Notes under the pieces: model-generated
What the model was told of the DNA's origin: nothing
What the model saw: the letters and a program-made list of their open reading frames with translations, nothing else
Databases searched by the model: none
Assembly: GCA_041163745.1 (NCBI GenBank)
Contig: JBEAQU010000032.1
Location: 1,454 to 65,453, forward strand
Direction: 5' to 3'
Origin: Bacteroidota bacterium
GTDB taxonomy: Bacteria; Bacteroidota; Bacteroidia; Chitinophagales; Saprospiraceae
Length of the DNA stretch: 64,000 nucleotides
Shown here: piece by piece, positions 1-8,491 of the stretch
Layout: each line of letters starts with the position of its first letter
Position numbering within the stretch: the stretch's first letter is position 1
Translations under genes and position numbers: made by a program

Positions 1-652
1 GGCCAGGGGCATCGGCGGGGCGGTGCACCTCGGTGTGACAAAGGTGGGCCACTTTTCCTGGGGAAACATCCACCTGGAGCATCCCAGGGTGTACACTTTG
101 GACATCCGGCACCTGGAAGCGGCCTGCGGCAGGCGGCTATTGGGGCTGATCGGTTTCGAGGCGTTCCGGGACCAGGTCCTGCTGATAGATTACGAGGGAC
201 AGGTCATCCGGGTTTTTCCCGATGCAAACACATTGTCGGCAGGCAGCAGCCAACCGCTGCGTTGGATCCGCTTCCACCTGTCGGGGCACCTGCCGGTGGT
301 CAAGGCCCGGGTCGGCGGCAGGACGCTGTACCTCGGCCTCGACAGCGGATCCGAAATCAATGGCATCGACCGGAACCTGCTCGACGCCCTGCCCGAGGTG
401 ACGGACGCAACTGCTTCGGAAGAATGGTTGACCGGGCTGGACAACCGGCCGGAACCGGCCCGCTCCGTGACATTACCCTCCCTGGCCATCCGGCAGCACC
501 ATTTTCCGGCCATGCGGTATGCAGCCCTGCCACCCGCCGCCCTACGGACCTCGACGGACTGTACCTTGCACGGATTGCTCGGCTTCCCTTTTTTCCGACA
601 ACACAAAATCGCCATCGACTACCGACGCAACCGGCTCTGTTTCCTGGACTGA
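1..652 (+). CDS. retropepsin-like aspartyl protease family protein (5' end outside window)
   Basis: ORF-track start 23 is GTG and the frame stays open back to nt 2, so the gene is cut by the window edge. It contains an LGLDSGSE (D-S-G) aspartic-protease-type motif and a GLLG-type flap-like motif near the C-terminus. Confidence 0.5.
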   Translation, partial: ARGIGGAVHLGVTKVGHFSWGNIHLEHPRVYTLDIRHLEAACGRRLLGLIGFEAFRDQVLLIDYEGQVIRVFPDANTLSAGSSQPLRWIRFHLSGHLPVVKARVGGRTLYLGLDSGSEINGIDRNLLDALPEVTDATASEEWLTGLDNRPEPARSVTLPSLAIRQHHFPAMRYAALPPAALRTSTDCTLHGLLGFPFFRQHKIAIDYRRNRLCFLD

Positions 653-815
653 CCGGTACGCGCCATCCCGCTGGCCCACCATTCGCCAGCCAACCGAAAT
701 CACCGGATCGGCAGCTGTTCGGCACATCCTTCCCAAACACAGCCTGACAAATTGGTTCGCACCCGGGCCACCAACGTCCGTTGCTGCGCGCCGGTTTCCC
801 CGTTGCCGGCAACCG

Positions 816-1418
816 TCATTTCATCCGGCTGCGAAGCACCGCCTCCACCGCCGCCAATCCAAGTCCCCTGGCCTGCAACAGGACCAGCAGGTGGAAGAGC
901 AGGTCCGCGGATTCCTCCAACAGCGCGGCATCCGGCCCGCTCTCCGCCTCCAACACCACCTCCACGGCCTCCTCCCCCACTTTCTGTGCTATCTTCCGGA
1001 TTCCCCTGGCAGCCAACCGGCTGACATAAGAGCCCTCCGAAGGATGGTCCAGCCGGTCCCGAACCACCGTCTCCAACTTCGGCAACCACTGTCCGGGGAG
1101 GAGGTCGGCATTGTCTTCCCGGAAACAAGAGTCGGCACCGGTATGGCAAGTCGGACCGGCCGGAACAGCCAGCACCAGCAGCGCATCCCGGTCACAATCC
1201 GGCAGTAGTTCGACCAAAGTCAGGAAATTTCCGCTGGTGGCTCCCTTTTCCCAGAGGCACTGCCGGCTCCGGCTGAAGAAGGTCACCCTGCCCGTCGCCT
1301 GCGTCCGTGCCAGTGCCTCCGCATTCATGTATCCGAGCATCAGGACTTTGCGGGTCCTGGCATCCTGGACGACGGCAGGCAGAAGACCGTCCGGATATTT
1401 ATCAAAAGACAATTGCAT
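816..1418 (-). CDS. hisIE: bifunctional phosphoribosyl-AMP cyclohydrolase / phosphoribosyl-ATP pyrophosphatase
   Basis: From ATG 1418 it reads [36 protein letters not shown]... The cyclohydrolase half ([10 protein letters not shown]) is fused to the PPase half ([24 protein letters not shown]). ORF-track start 1472 is an upstream extension into hisF. Last gene of the his operon. Confidence 0.9.
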   Translation of the reverse strand: MQLSFDKYPDGLLPAVVQDARTRKVLMLGYMNAEALARTQATGRVTFFSRSRQCLWEKGATSGNFLTLVELLPDCDRDALLVLAVPAGPTCHTGADSCFREDNADLLPGQWLPKLETVVRDRLDHPSEGSYVSRLAARGIRKIAQKVGEEAVEVVLEAESGPDAALLEESADLLFHLLVLLQARGLGLAAVEAVLRSRMK

Positions 1419-1419
1419 A

Positions 1420-2199
1420 TCACAATATTGTTTGTTCGGCCAATGGAAAACGGATGGGGATTCCCGCCGCATGCAGATACCTTTTCAGGTCCGGCAATGG
1501 TATTTCTCCGAAATGGAATACACTGGCTGCCAGGGCGGCATCGGCGAGCCCTACCCGGAAGACGTCCTCGAAATGCACCGATGTGCCGGCGCCCCCGGAT
1601 GCGACGACAGGGATGTCCAGGCTTTCTGAAACACACCGGGTGAGTTCCAGGGCAAAACCCTGCTTGCCGCCATCGTGGTCCATGGAGGTCAGAAGAATTT
1701 CCCCGGCGCCCCGTGCGGCCGCTTCCCGCGCCCATTCCAGCACGGAATACCGGGAAGGCAGTCGGCCGCCGTTGAGATAGACCCGCCAATCCGGACCGTC
1801 CGATTTCGCGTCGATGGCCAGGACGATGCACTGGCTCCCGAAGCGGCGGGCCAGCCGGTCAAGGAGCGTTGGGTCGCGGACGGCGGCGGAGTTCACCGAT
1901 ACCTTGTCCGCCCCGGCCTCCAACAGGGCCGCCACATCGGAGACGGAGGAGATTCCGCCGCCGACCGTGAAGGGTATGTCCAGGGTATCGGCCACCTGCC
2001 GCACCAACGCCAGGGTTGTGTTCCTGCCCTCGTGGGTAGCGGTGATGTCGAGGAAAACGAGTTCGTCCGCCCCGCACGCAGCGTAGGTAGCGGCGAGTTC
2101 CACCGGATCCCCGGCATCGCGCAATTCCACGAACCTCACCCCCTTGACGGTCCTGCCCTGGCGGATGTCCAGACAGGGAATAATCCTTTTTGCCAACAT
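1420..2199 (-). CDS. hisF: imidazole glycerol phosphate synthase, cyclase subunit
   Basis: ATG 2199 gives [23 protein letters not shown]...[10 protein letters not shown]...TVGGGI...VASGGAG. The upstream 159 codons of ORF 1420..2676 are a spurious extension across hisA. Confidence 0.95.
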   Translation of the reverse strand: MLAKRIIPCLDIRQGRTVKGVRFVELRDAGDPVELAATYAACGADELVFLDITATHEGRNTTLALVRQVADTLDIPFTVGGGISSVSDVAALLEAGADKVSVNSAAVRDPTLLDRLARRFGSQCIVLAIDAKSDGPDWRVYLNGGRLPSRYSVLEWAREAAARGAGEILLTSMDHDGGKQGFALELTRCVSESLDIPVVASGGAGTSVHFEDVFRVGLADAALAASVFHFGEIPLPDLKRYLHAAGIPIRFPLAEQTIL

Positions 2200-2239
2200 G
2201 GTCAGATTTTTATTTCGGACGGCCGCCCCCCGGCGGTTC

Positions 2240-2947
2240 CTACCGCCAGCGGTCCAGGCGGTCCATATCCTCATACAAGGCTTTCCCGACGATAGTGCCG
2301 CTGCAGCCCAACGCCGCCAGTCGCCGGGCATCATCGGGATTCCGGACCCCTCCGCTGGCGACCAGGGCCAGTCCGGGGAAGCGGTCCAGTATGTCGCGAT
2401 ACAGGTCCAGGGCGGGACCATCCAGATTTCCGTCCCGGAGGATATCCGTACAGAAGACCTGCGCCACGCCGTGGCGGACCAGCCGGTCCAGCAGGTCGAA
2501 CAGGCCGACCTCGGTTTGTTCGGTCCAACCACGGACGGCCAGCTGCCGGTGCCGGACATCGAGGCCTGGCAGCAGCCGGTCCGGACCGTACAGGTCGAGC
2601 CATTCCAGGAACCGGTCGGTATCCCGGACCACGATGCTGCCCAACGCCAGCAGGGCCGCACCGGCCTCCGTGGCACGGCGCAGGTCGTCGGCGGCCTGCA
2701 GGCCGCCGCTGAAATCTACCTCCAGCCGGGTATGGCGGCATATTTTTTCCAACACGGGCAGGTGGACGGGGGCGCCCTGCCGGGCGCCGTCGAGGTCCAC
2801 CAGATGCAGGCGGCGGAAACCTGCCGCCTCGAAGACCTGGGCGACGGAGAGCGGGTCGTCGGCGTAGACCTTGCACCTTTCGAAATCCCCCTGTTGCAGG
2901 CGTACGCAACGGCCGTCGATGAGATCCATGGCCGGAATGATGGTCAT
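2240..2947 (-). CDS. hisA: ProFAR isomerase (1-(5-phosphoribosyl)-5-[(5-phosphoribosylamino)methylideneamino]imidazole-4-carboxamide isomerase)
   Basis: ATG 2947 gives [22 protein letters not shown]...ASGGV. The start overlaps the hisH stop (ATGA). Confidence 0.92.
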   Translation of the reverse strand: MTIIPAMDLIDGRCVRLQQGDFERCKVYADDPLSVAQVFEAAGFRRLHLVDLDGARQGAPVHLPVLEKICRHTRLEVDFSGGLQAADDLRRATEAGAALLALGSIVVRDTDRFLEWLDLYGPDRLLPGLDVRHRQLAVRGWTEQTEVGLFDLLDRLVRHGVAQVFCTDILRDGNLDGPALDLYRDILDRFPGLALVASGGVRNPDDARRLAALGCSGTIVGKALYEDMDRLDRWR

Positions 2948-3573
2948 AAGGCAGATAAGATGTTGTCGGACAGGAAATTCCGCAGCAGGCGCGCGCCGTG
3001 TTCCGCGCTTTTTTCCGGATGGAACTGCACTCCGAAGAAATTGCCTTGCTGTACGGCGCTGCTGAACGCCTGCCCGTGGGTCGTGACGGCCAGGGTGGCG
3101 CCCGCCACCGTTTCCATCGCATACCCGTGAACGAAATAAAAGTACGAGGGGGAGGGGATGCCGTCGAAGAGGGGGTGGGCCGGGAATACGGCGCTGTTCC
3201 ACCCCACATGAGGCACCTTCACGACTTCGCCGGTCCCATCCTGCGGCCGCTGCGGCCGGAGTCGGCGGACGGCGGCATCCAGGATGCCGAGGCAGGGCGT
3301 ATCCTGCTCTTCCGACCGGCTGCCCAGGAGCTGCATACCCAGGCAGATGCCGAGCACGGGTTGCCGCAGGCTGCGTATGAGGACGTCGAGTCCCTTTTCC
3401 CGGAGGTGGCGCATGGCGGCGGAAGCCTCCCCCACGCCAGGGAACACCACCCGGTCGGCCTGGCGGATCTCGTCCGGGTCATCGGTCAGGCGAGGCATTG
3501 CGCCCAGCCGGCGCAATGCGTTCGCGACCGAATGGACATTACCGGCGTTGTATTGGATGATGGCGATCTGCAT
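2944..3573 (-). CDS. hisH: imidazole glycerol phosphate synthase, glutamine amidotransferase subunit
   Basis: MQIAIIQYNAGNVHSVANALRRLG..., GICLGMQ nucleophile elbow and FHPEKS motif of class-I GATases. Confidence 0.95.
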   Translation of the reverse strand: MQIAIIQYNAGNVHSVANALRRLGAMPRLTDDPDEIRQADRVVFPGVGEASAAMRHLREKGLDVLIRSLRQPVLGICLGMQLLGSRSEEQDTPCLGILDAAVRRLRPQRPQDGTGEVVKVPHVGWNSAVFPAHPLFDGIPSPSYFYFVHGYAMETVAGATLAVTTHGQAFSSAVQQGNFFGVQFHPEKSAEHGARLLRNFLSDNILSAL

Positions 3574-3665
3574 ATTGTCGAGTTGTTATCCGTTCCTACA
3601 AGATGGGTGCAGGCCGAGCGCTCTACCGGCAGCCGCGGAAAGGAGCCGGGCGCCGGGCGATCCGG

Positions 3666-4769
3666 TCACAGCACCCCTTTGGAGGAGGGCAAGGCGGCCC
3701 CTTCCCGGTGCACCGCCATCCGGACGGAACGGGCGAACGCTTTGAAAATCGCTTCGATCTTATGGTGTTCGTTCGTGCCGCTTGCCCGGACATGAAGGTT
3801 GCAGGCGGCGGCATCGCTGAAGGATTTGAAAAAGTGGAAGAACATTTCCGTGGGGCAGTCGCCGATCCGTTCGCGGCGGAAGTCCGCTTCCCAGACACAC
3901 CAGGGCCGGCCGCCGAAATCCAGGGCCACCTGTGCCAGGCAATCGTCCATGGGGAGGCAGAAGCCATAGCGGCTGATGCCGCGTTTGTCTGCCAGTGCCT
4001 GCCGGAATGCTTCCCCCAGGGTCAGGGCGGTATCCTCGACGGTATGGTGTTCGTCCACGTGCAGGTCGCCGCGGACCTGGACGGACAGATCCAGCAGGCC
4101 ATGCACCGCCACCTGTTGCAACATATGGTCGAGGAATCCGACGCCGGTATGGATCTCGGCGCGACCCTCGCCGTCGAGATCCAGGCGGATGGACACGGCC
4201 GTCTCGCGCGTCCGGCGTTCCAGGGTGACGATGCGGTTCGGATGCAGCAGGAAACGGGCGATGTCCTCCCAGGAATCGGCGATGAAATCGGCGGTGGATT
4301 CCCATTCCCCGAAGGGAAAAAGACCGCGCAGTCCGATGGCGCGGGTACCGAGGTTGCGAGCCAGGGCCAGGTCGGACCACCGGTCGCCGATGACGAAGCT
4401 GTTGGCCAGGTCACAGCTGCCGTCGAGATATTCGGTCAGCATCCCGATTCCGGGTTTTCGGGTGGGCAGCCGTTCGTGTTCGAAGCTGCGGTCCACATGA
4501 ACCGCCCGGAACAGGATGCCTTCTTGTCGGAGGATTTCCAGGAGTTTGTCCTGGACCTTTCGGAACGCCTGTTCCGGATAGCCATCGGTACCGAGACCGT
4601 CCTGGTTGGTGACCATGACCAGTTCGAAATCCAGCGCGGATTGGATGCGGTGCAGCTGTCGGATGAGTCCCGGCATCAGCACCATATCATCGAGGGTGTC
4701 GATCTGGAAGGTTTCCGGTTTTTCCCGGATCAGGACTCCATCACGGTCCAGGAAGAGGATTTTGCGCAT
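3666..4769 (-). CDS. hisB: bifunctional histidinol-phosphatase / imidazoleglycerol-phosphate dehydratase
   Basis: An N-terminal HAD phosphatase (FLDRDGVL, VTNQDG) is fused to IGPD (HHTVEDTALTLG, NEHHKIEAIFKAF). Confidence 0.95.
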   Translation of the reverse strand: MRKILFLDRDGVLIREKPETFQIDTLDDMVLMPGLIRQLHRIQSALDFELVMVTNQDGLGTDGYPEQAFRKVQDKLLEILRQEGILFRAVHVDRSFEHERLPTRKPGIGMLTEYLDGSCDLANSFVIGDRWSDLALARNLGTRAIGLRGLFPFGEWESTADFIADSWEDIARFLLHPNRIVTLERRTRETAVSIRLDLDGEGRAEIHTGVGFLDHMLQQVAVHGLLDLSVQVRGDLHVDEHHTVEDTALTLGEAFRQALADKRGISRYGFCLPMDDCLAQVALDFGGRPWCVWEADFRRERIGDCPTEMFFHFFKSFSDAAACNLHVRASGTNEHHKIEAIFKAFARSVRMAVHREGAALPSSKGVL

Positions 4770-4781
4770 GGTTGGCAGTGT

Positions 4782-5888
4782 TTAGCGGGTGAAGGCGGCG
4801 GAATCCGTTCCGGGACGCCATTGGGAGACCAGTTGGAGGAGCCGGCGGTTTTCCGTGGCGGTACCGACGGTGATGCGGAGGCAGTCGGCGCAGCCGGGTT
4901 CCCGGGAGCGGTCGCGGACGACCACCTGGTGGGCCAGCAGGAATCGGAACACCGAAAGGCAGTCGTGGAACCGGACCAGCAGGAAATTCGCCTGGCTGGG
5001 AAAGACGTTCCTGACGGCGGGCAGCCGGGACAATTCCGTCGCCAGGAACGCCCGTTCCGCCACGGTACGGCGTACCGATTCCAGGCAATCGGCGGATCGG
5101 GCCAGGCGGCGGAAAACCGCGGCTTGGGCTGTCGAGCTGACGTTGTACGGATACTTGACCCGATTGAGATGATGAATCAGCCAAGGATTGGCGAAGGCCA
5201 TACCGACTCTTGCGCCGGCCAGTCCCCAGGCCTTGGAGAAGGTCTGCAGGACCACCAGATTGGGAAATTCCGCGAGGCGCAGCGACCAGGAAGGGCTTTC
5301 CGAGAAATCGATGTAGGCTTCGTCGACGACGACGATGCCCGGGAAATCCCGCAGCAGCCTTTCCACAAGGCCCGGATCCAAGTCATTGCCGGTCGGATTG
5401 TTCGGGCTGCAAAGAAACAGGAGCCGGGTATGTTCCGTGGTGGCGGCGAATACAGGGTCAGGTCGGGGTTGGAAGCGGCCATCCAGGCCGACCTCCAGGA
5501 CCGAGGCGCCGTGGATGTCGGCTTGTACGCGGTACATGCCGTAGGTGGGGGGGCAGCAGATGGCGGCATCCAGGCCAGGTCGGCAGAAGATGCGGAAGAG
5601 CAGGTCGATGGCTTCGTCGCTTCCGTTGCCCAGGAAGATGCGATCCGGCGGCACCCCTTTGTACCGGGCGACGGCCTCCTTGAGGGCGTTTTGGAGGGGG
5701 TCGGGATATCGGTGGAGGCCGTCGGCGAACAAATCCTCCGGATGCTCGTTGGCATCGAGGAAGACGGCGTCAGTCCCTTGGTATTCGCTTCGGGCGGAGC
5801 GGTAAGGGACGAGGCGGCGGATGTCCGGGCGGACCAGTTGTTCCAAATCGGGAGCGGAGATCATATCGGATGGGTTACGGGTTTGCAT
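4782..5888 (-). CDS. hisC: histidinol-phosphate aminotransferase
   Basis: LVRPDIRRLVPYRSARSE..., SPNNPTG, and TFSKAWGLAGARVG (PLP lysine). The start is ATG 5888 (14-nt overlap with hisD) or ATG 5864. ORF-track start 6104 is an extension into hisD. Confidence 0.88.
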   Translation of the reverse strand: MQTRNPSDMISAPDLEQLVRPDIRRLVPYRSARSEYQGTDAVFLDANEHPEDLFADGLHRYPDPLQNALKEAVARYKGVPPDRIFLGNGSDEAIDLLFRIFCRPGLDAAICCPPTYGMYRVQADIHGASVLEVGLDGRFQPRPDPVFAATTEHTRLLFLCSPNNPTGNDLDPGLVERLLRDFPGIVVVDEAYIDFSESPSWSLRLAEFPNLVVLQTFSKAWGLAGARVGMAFANPWLIHHLNRVKYPYNVSSTAQAAVFRRLARSADCLESVRRTVAERAFLATELSRLPAVRNVFPSQANFLLVRFHDCLSVFRFLLAHQVVVRDRSREPGCADCLRITVGTATENRRLLQLVSQWRPGTDSAAFTR

Positions 5889-7176
5889 CGGAACCGGGCC
5901 AATCCAGCCGGAGGGATACCGAGCGGGCGTGCGCGGGCAGTTCCTCGGCGAGAGCCATGGTGACGACATGCGGGCCGAGGGCACGGAGTCCTTCGCGGGA
6001 GATTTCCTGAAAAGTGATTTTCTTGAGAAACGAGTCCAGGGACACCCCGCTGAAGCTGCGGCTGAAACCGCTGGTCGGCAGCGTGTGGTTGGTACCGGAG
6101 GCATAATCGCCGGCGGCTTCCGGGCTGAAGTTGCCGAGAAAGACCGAGCCGGCGTTGCGCACCTGCTCCGCCAGGGAGGCGGCCTGGTCGCAGGCCAGGA
6201 TCAGGTGTTCCGGTGCATAGCGGTTGATGGTGTCCAGGACGGCGGAGCGGTCAGGCAGGCAAATGGCGGCGCTGTGCGCCAGGGCGCCGGCCAGGGCGGC
6301 TTGTCGCGGCAGGGAAGCGACCTGTTCGCAGACGGCGGCATGGACCGCGCGCAGGATGGGACGACTGGTCGTCAGCAGGACCGTCTGTGAATCGGCATCA
6401 TGTTCGGCCTGAGCCAGCAGGTCGGCGGCGACGAAGGCGGGGATGCAGGAGTCATCCGCATAGACCATGACTTCGGAAGGACCTGCCGGCATGTCGATGG
6501 CGACACCTTCCGCCTGTACGAGGAGCTTGGCGGTCGTCACGAAACGGTTGCCGGGGCCCAGGATCTTGTCGACCTGCGGGACGGAATCCGTCCCGTAGGC
6601 CATGGCGGCGACCGCCTGAGCGCCGCCCACACGAAAAACCCGGTGGATACCGGCCACTTTCGCCGCATAGCAGATGGCGGGGTGTACGGCGCCCTCCGGC
6701 GACGGGGGCGTGCAGAGGACGACATCGCGGCATCCGGCGATGGCCGCGGGAATGCCCAGCATCAGGACGGTGGAGAACAAGGGGGCCGAACCACCGGGAA
6801 CATACAGTCCGACCCGGTCAATCGGAACGGATTTCCGCCAGCAGGTCACCCCGGGCATGGTTTCCATGGGCGGGAAGGATTCCTGTTGGGCGGTGTGGAA
6901 GGTCCGGATGTTGCTGGCGGCAAGGTCGATGGCTTTCCGCAGGGAAGCGGGCACGTTGGCGGCGGCGGCCGTGACGGCATGGTCCGGCAGGACGACCGTA
7001 TCCAAGTCCGCCCCGTCGAAGGAGCGGGTCAGTTCCTGCAGGGCGCGGTCACCCCGGGTGCGGACTGCGGCGAGGATATCCCGAACCGACGCGACGACAT
7101 CGGGGCGGGAAGGTTGGGCTGGGCGACGCAGGGCGGACCACAGTTGTTCGGCCGTCGGATATTCCAGACAAAGCAT
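5875..7176 (-). CDS. hisD: histidinol dehydrogenase
   Basis: 433-aa ORF with the QAEHD and GDYASGTNHTLPTSG motifs; its position between hisG and hisC fits. Confidence 0.95.
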   Translation of the reverse strand: MLCLEYPTAEQLWSALRRPAQPSRPDVVASVRDILAAVRTRGDRALQELTRSFDGADLDTVVLPDHAVTAAAANVPASLRKAIDLAASNIRTFHTAQQESFPPMETMPGVTCWRKSVPIDRVGLYVPGGSAPLFSTVLMLGIPAAIAGCRDVVLCTPPSPEGAVHPAICYAAKVAGIHRVFRVGGAQAVAAMAYGTDSVPQVDKILGPGNRFVTTAKLLVQAEGVAIDMPAGPSEVMVYADDSCIPAFVAADLLAQAEHDADSQTVLLTTSRPILRAVHAAVCEQVASLPRQAALAGALAHSAAICLPDRSAVLDTINRYAPEHLILACDQAASLAEQVRNAGSVFLGNFSPEAAGDYASGTNHTLPTSGFSRSFSGVSLDSFLKKITFQEISREGLRALGPHVVTMALAEELPAHARSVSLRLDWPGSDANP

Positions 7177-7191
7177 AAACGGTGGATTTGG

Positions 7192-8088
7192 TCAGAGTAT
7201 CATTTTTTCGATGGGCACCACCAGGATTCCCTGGGCGCCGGCGGCTTGCAGGTCTTCGATGATATCCCAGAAATGGTCTTCCTGCACCACGGAGTGCACG
7301 CTGCACCATTGCGGGTCGGCGAGCGGCACGACGGTCGGGCTTTTCATACCGGGGATGATGGACAGGACATCCTGAAGTCTGGCGCTGGGTGCGTTGAGCA
7401 GGATGTACTTGTGTTTCCGTGCCTTGTTGACGGCCCGTATGCGGAAAAGCAGTTTGTCGAGCAGTTCCCTTTTCGGTCCGGCCAGCCGGGGGTCCGACAC
7501 CAGGACAGCCTGGCTGTCCATGACGGTCTGGACCTCTTTGAGGCCGTTGGACAACAGGGTGCTGCCGGTGCTGACCAGGTCGCAGATGAAGTCCGCCAGG
7601 CCGATTCCGGGAGCGATTTCGACGCTACCGCTGATTTCATGGATATCGGCCTGCACCTGGTGACGTTCGAGGAACTGCCGGAGCAAGTGGGGATAGGTTG
7701 TGGCGATGCGGCGGCCTTGCAGGCTGTCCGTTCCATCGTACACCTGGCCCCGGGGAATGGCCAGGGAGAGCCTGCAGCGGCCGAAGCCAAGCGGTTCCTC
7801 GACCGGTACCGGGCGGTTTTTCTCCAGCAGGACATTTTCGCCGACGATACCGCAATCGGCGACACCGTCCCCGACATATTGGGGGATGTCGTCATCGCGG
7901 AGGAAGACCACCTCCAGCGGGAAGCTGGAAGCCAAGGTCCGGAGGCGGCCGGTATAATGCGGCAGGCCGATGCTACAGGCTTTGAGCAGGGCGACAGCGT
8001 CATCATGCAGGCGGCCGGACTTCTGGATGGCCATCCGGAGGGGGGGCGTCGGATCGGACGCGGAGCGGGATGTTCTTTCCATTGGCAT
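7192..8088 (-). CDS. hisG: ATP phosphoribosyltransferase (long form)
   Basis: LRMAIQKSGRLHDDAV..., the DLVSTGSTL PRPP-binding motif and a C-terminal regulatory domain. Possible starts are ATG 8088, 8082 or 8034. First gene of the operon. Confidence 0.9.
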   Translation of the reverse strand: MPMERTSRSASDPTPPLRMAIQKSGRLHDDAVALLKACSIGLPHYTGRLRTLASSFPLEVVFLRDDDIPQYVGDGVADCGIVGENVLLEKNRPVPVEEPLGFGRCRLSLAIPRGQVYDGTDSLQGRRIATTYPHLLRQFLERHQVQADIHEISGSVEIAPGIGLADFICDLVSTGSTLLSNGLKEVQTVMDSQAVLVSDPRLAGPKRELLDKLLFRIRAVNKARKHKYILLNAPSARLQDVLSIIPGMKSPTVVPLADPQWCSVHSVVQEDHFWDIIEDLQAAGAQGILVVPIEKMIL

Positions 8089-8170
8089 GGCAGCAGTGTT
8101 CAGTTTGTCGGTTCCGACGTCGGCGGAACGGGCGCCGGCGAGGGAAGCGGGATGTACCCAGCGGGGTATA

Positions 8171-8202
8171 AAACAAAAAGGCCTGCCGTTGACGGCAGGC
8201 CT
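8171..8202 (-). terminator. intrinsic terminator hairpin in the his operon 5' leader (candidate attenuator)
   Basis: On the minus-strand RNA: GGCCUGCCG-UCAA-CGGCAGGCC (8202-8181) followed by UUUUUGUUUU (8180-8171), 83 nt upstream of the hisG ATG. The palindrome also has a T-run on the plus strand. Confidence 0.55.
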
Positions 8203-8226
8203 TTTTGTCCAAGGATATGGTTCGCA

Positions 8227-8310
8227 CTATGCGCCGCACATCCGTGACCGGTGCCTGCCGGGAGGGGAGACATGGTGATGGAGATGAAGCATGGCGTTGT
8301 GGCGGATCAT
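8227..8310 (-). CDS. candidate His-rich leader peptide of the his operon
   Basis: A hand-translated short ORF, too short for the ORF track. ATG 8310 (or ATG 8292) to TAG 8229-8227 reads MIRHNAMLHLHHHVSPPGRHRSRMCGA. Codons 8286-8272 are CAT CTC CAT CAC CAT. Confidence 0.4.
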   Translation of the reverse strand: MIRHNAMLHLHHHVSPPGRHRSRMCGA

Positions 8311-8328
8311 AAGATTGCGATGTGGAAA

Positions 8329-8336
8329 CAAAGGTA
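8329..8336 (-). promoter_or_regulatory. Bacteroidota-type -7 box candidate (TACCTTTG) for the his leader transcript
   Basis: Plus-strand CAAAGGTA equals minus-strand TACCTTTG, matching TAnnTTTG. A TTG lies about 20 nt further upstream (8359-8357). The box is 19 nt upstream of ATG 8310. Confidence 0.3.
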
Positions 8337-8491
8337 TGAGGCGGGTGCGGATAAACCAACACGGGCAGGTGGAAAATTGATTACGTCGCACAAAATGGTG
8401 ACAAAAGTTACCCAGCAGGGAGGGGGTCGGGGTTAACTTAGCATCTTTTCAACAATTGCGACCTGTGGAAACGAATCTAAAGACCAATCTG

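Noticed and set aside
3603-5963. 786-aa plus-strand ORF
   Set aside because: It is antisense to hisB and hisC, which have unambiguous motifs. Its Gly/Ala/Arg/Asp-rich composition and lack of motifs are typical of a high-GC shadow ORF.
6400-8247. 615-aa plus-strand ORF
   Set aside because: It is antisense to hisD and hisG and runs through the leader region. It has shadow-ORF composition and no recognisable domain.
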